Assembly (NCBI GenBank): GCA_026770705.1
Contig: JANJGN010000034.1
Location: 3,162,001-3,226,000, forward strand
DNA length: 64,000 bases
Source: Isurus oxyrinchus
Lineage: Eukaryota
Direction of reading: 5' to 3'
The notes below the pieces were generated by a model. That model saw nothing but the letters and a program-made list of their open reading frames with translations, did not search any database and was not told the DNA's origin. Shown one piece after another: positions 62,264-64,000 of the stretch. The translations under genes and the position numbers were made by a program. Position 1 is the stretch's first letter; every line of letters starts with the position of its first letter.

Positions 62264-64000
62264 CTAAGAGAATGCAGGAAGCGGAAAATTAACTAAACCA
62301 CAGATATTGTCACCACGTTCACCAAAATGAGGGTGAAGGAATTTTCGTCTCTGCAAAGACAGCCTGAGATCTCATAGCTGTATATTACTTAGGTGCATAT
62401 TTTGAAGATAATTTAAACCATCGGCACCCTATAATCTCCTAGAGCACGCCTAATGGAAACGTTTCTCAGTCATTGCATCTTCCTAATGAAATCGTTGCTT
62501 TTTATCAGGAGGCTTGAATGGGCTGGAAAATGTGCTGCCAAAAAAGGTGACATTCATTATTGCCCCTATCACACGTAAATGAAGCACAGCTAGTTCCTAC
62601 ATAGGGACATGCGCAGGTAATTCTTTAAAATGGAAGTTGCTCCGAGTGGGGCACCATCTTCAATCTCACTGCGGTAGTTTGAATTACCCATTTGGAGACA
62701 AGCTTTAATTTGCGCTAATTGTCCATTATTAAGTAACTTCCACATAGAAAGCTTGCAAGCCTGTTATTTGCTGACGTTAAAAGCCCTATACTTATTTGGC
62801 CAAATTGAATGCGGATGTCGTCACTGTTCTTTGTTTGCAATGCTCAAATTCAAACAAGTATATTATTATCATAATTAACTGATTTAATATTTACATAGAT
62901 TTTATTCTAATCATCTTGCTTTTTTATGAATTGGATATGTCAGACTTTTGCAGGTTGTAAATTCAAATGTATTTGAAACATGATTATCCAACAGTTATAT
63001 TGAATCTGAATTTGCGAAGTGAGACACCAGGTGTGTGGTGTTGTAGAACTCGTCCATTGAGAAGGTACAGCGTTCGCTGTTATTGCTTCTCCTTCTTCAG
63101 GTACCATGCCAAAAAAAAGGATTTAGTTGACCATGGAGTTACATTGAATTGGCGTAGGATTAAGCTTAGCAGGGCACTGCATTGGTTTGCCGTTGCTTTC
63201 GGCAGTTTGGTTGACCAGAAAACTCTCTCGCTCTTGCTGCTATCTATTGGGTGCAATGGAATGATTTACAGGCCGGTAAGAAACCTGCTAGAAGACGATA
63301 TGAGCGCATCTCCGGTGGATATTAAGTCCTCCAGTGGGACTTGAACCCAGAGCTTCTGGCTGAAAAAATTGTCGAGATTCTACTCTTTGGACCAGCAGAC
63401 CTCCTGTACTCTTCGCAATGCTATGAAACTGACTGCAACTTCAGAGGCTCCTGGCATATGTAGGTTACAAGCAAAATGAACATTACTTAGATAGCAACAT
63501 TACTCTAAAAGGTAAAGAGCTCGTCAAAATGTTTCATATGAACAATTTTGAGCGATGGATTGCTATCGATTTGCAGAGCCAATGCCTTCGATATCCGAGG
63601 GCACGGCAAGTGATTACCTGGAAAGGGATCACAGCTACTTCTTTGGAGACCATCAGATTTAATGGTGGGGGACCTCGACACGTTATACTGTTGATACGAT
63701 TAGATAAAAATAGAAGCAGACAAGATCGATGTGATCCGGGTAGCCTTCAGTGGAGTTCTGTGGATGGACGGTCATGTGATAAATGTGCCAATGTCAGCAG
63801 ACAAACCCGGAACGATGAGGATGGATAATGTACCTTTTTGGCCTCATGGACGGAAGGTGTTGGGTTTGCAGAGGGGGGCGGTGAGTGGTGTTAAACACAG
63901 AATTAAAGGAAAGAAAATGGGCACAACTTTGTTGGCAACACCACATTTAAGTGTTTTGCAGTGAAAAAGGAGTTTGGATTCGAGCCAATGTTTGATAAGA

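Larger units (their letters stand above)
35667..64000. repeat. Tandem segmental duplication, copy B main block (continues beyond the window)
   Basis: Same order of exons, TEs and microsatellites as 1084-29860; offset drifts from 34583 to 34140. Confidence 0.97.

Noticed and set aside
1-64000. Shark-type immunoglobulin or TCR cluster repeated in tandem
   Set aside because: No V or C Ig-domain exons. Scattered CACAGTG heptamers (e.g. ~40029, ~45194, ~48203) have no correctly spaced nonamer that I could see.
1084-64000. Duplication as an assembly artefact (uncollapsed haplotypes)
   Set aside because: About 10% divergence, multiple indels and a 2.7-kb replacement are far more than expected between alleles.

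Overview
AT-rich, repeat-dense vertebrate DNA. The CR1, SINE and MITE remnants resemble those of cartilaginous fishes; this taxon call is an inference. Most of the window is two tandem copies of one ~34-kb block: copy A ~108-29860 and copy B ~32496-64000 (running off the window), about 90% identical in one 120-bp spot check. Both copies carry the same transposon stack: an RTE LINE, an old CR1 split by a solo LTR, a near full-length CR1, L2 remnants, SINEs and MITEs. None of the supplied ORFs is a whole host gene. Instead, the minus strand holds a chain of 27- and 36-nt phase-1/phase-1 micro-exons with canonical AG...GT sites: 8 per copy plus 2 found only in copy B. Spliced, they read GLDELKAALEIA-EKKLASKEK-ELENVKGALERS-EQRLSNREK-ELEDLKLKC-KLDG(A/G)G(K/N)PQ-ELAKVKQALADT-EK(V/M)LQD(K/T)K(T/I)-ELEDLQLKC-KLDSNESGS. 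These are Cys-capped leucine zippers with Leu at every 7th residue, joined by short polar linkers. Six of the eight exon pairs differ only at synonymous sites or not at all. I found no start exon, globular domain or clear terminal exon, so the gene cannot be named. The 34-kb duplication looks intragenic and frame-preserving.
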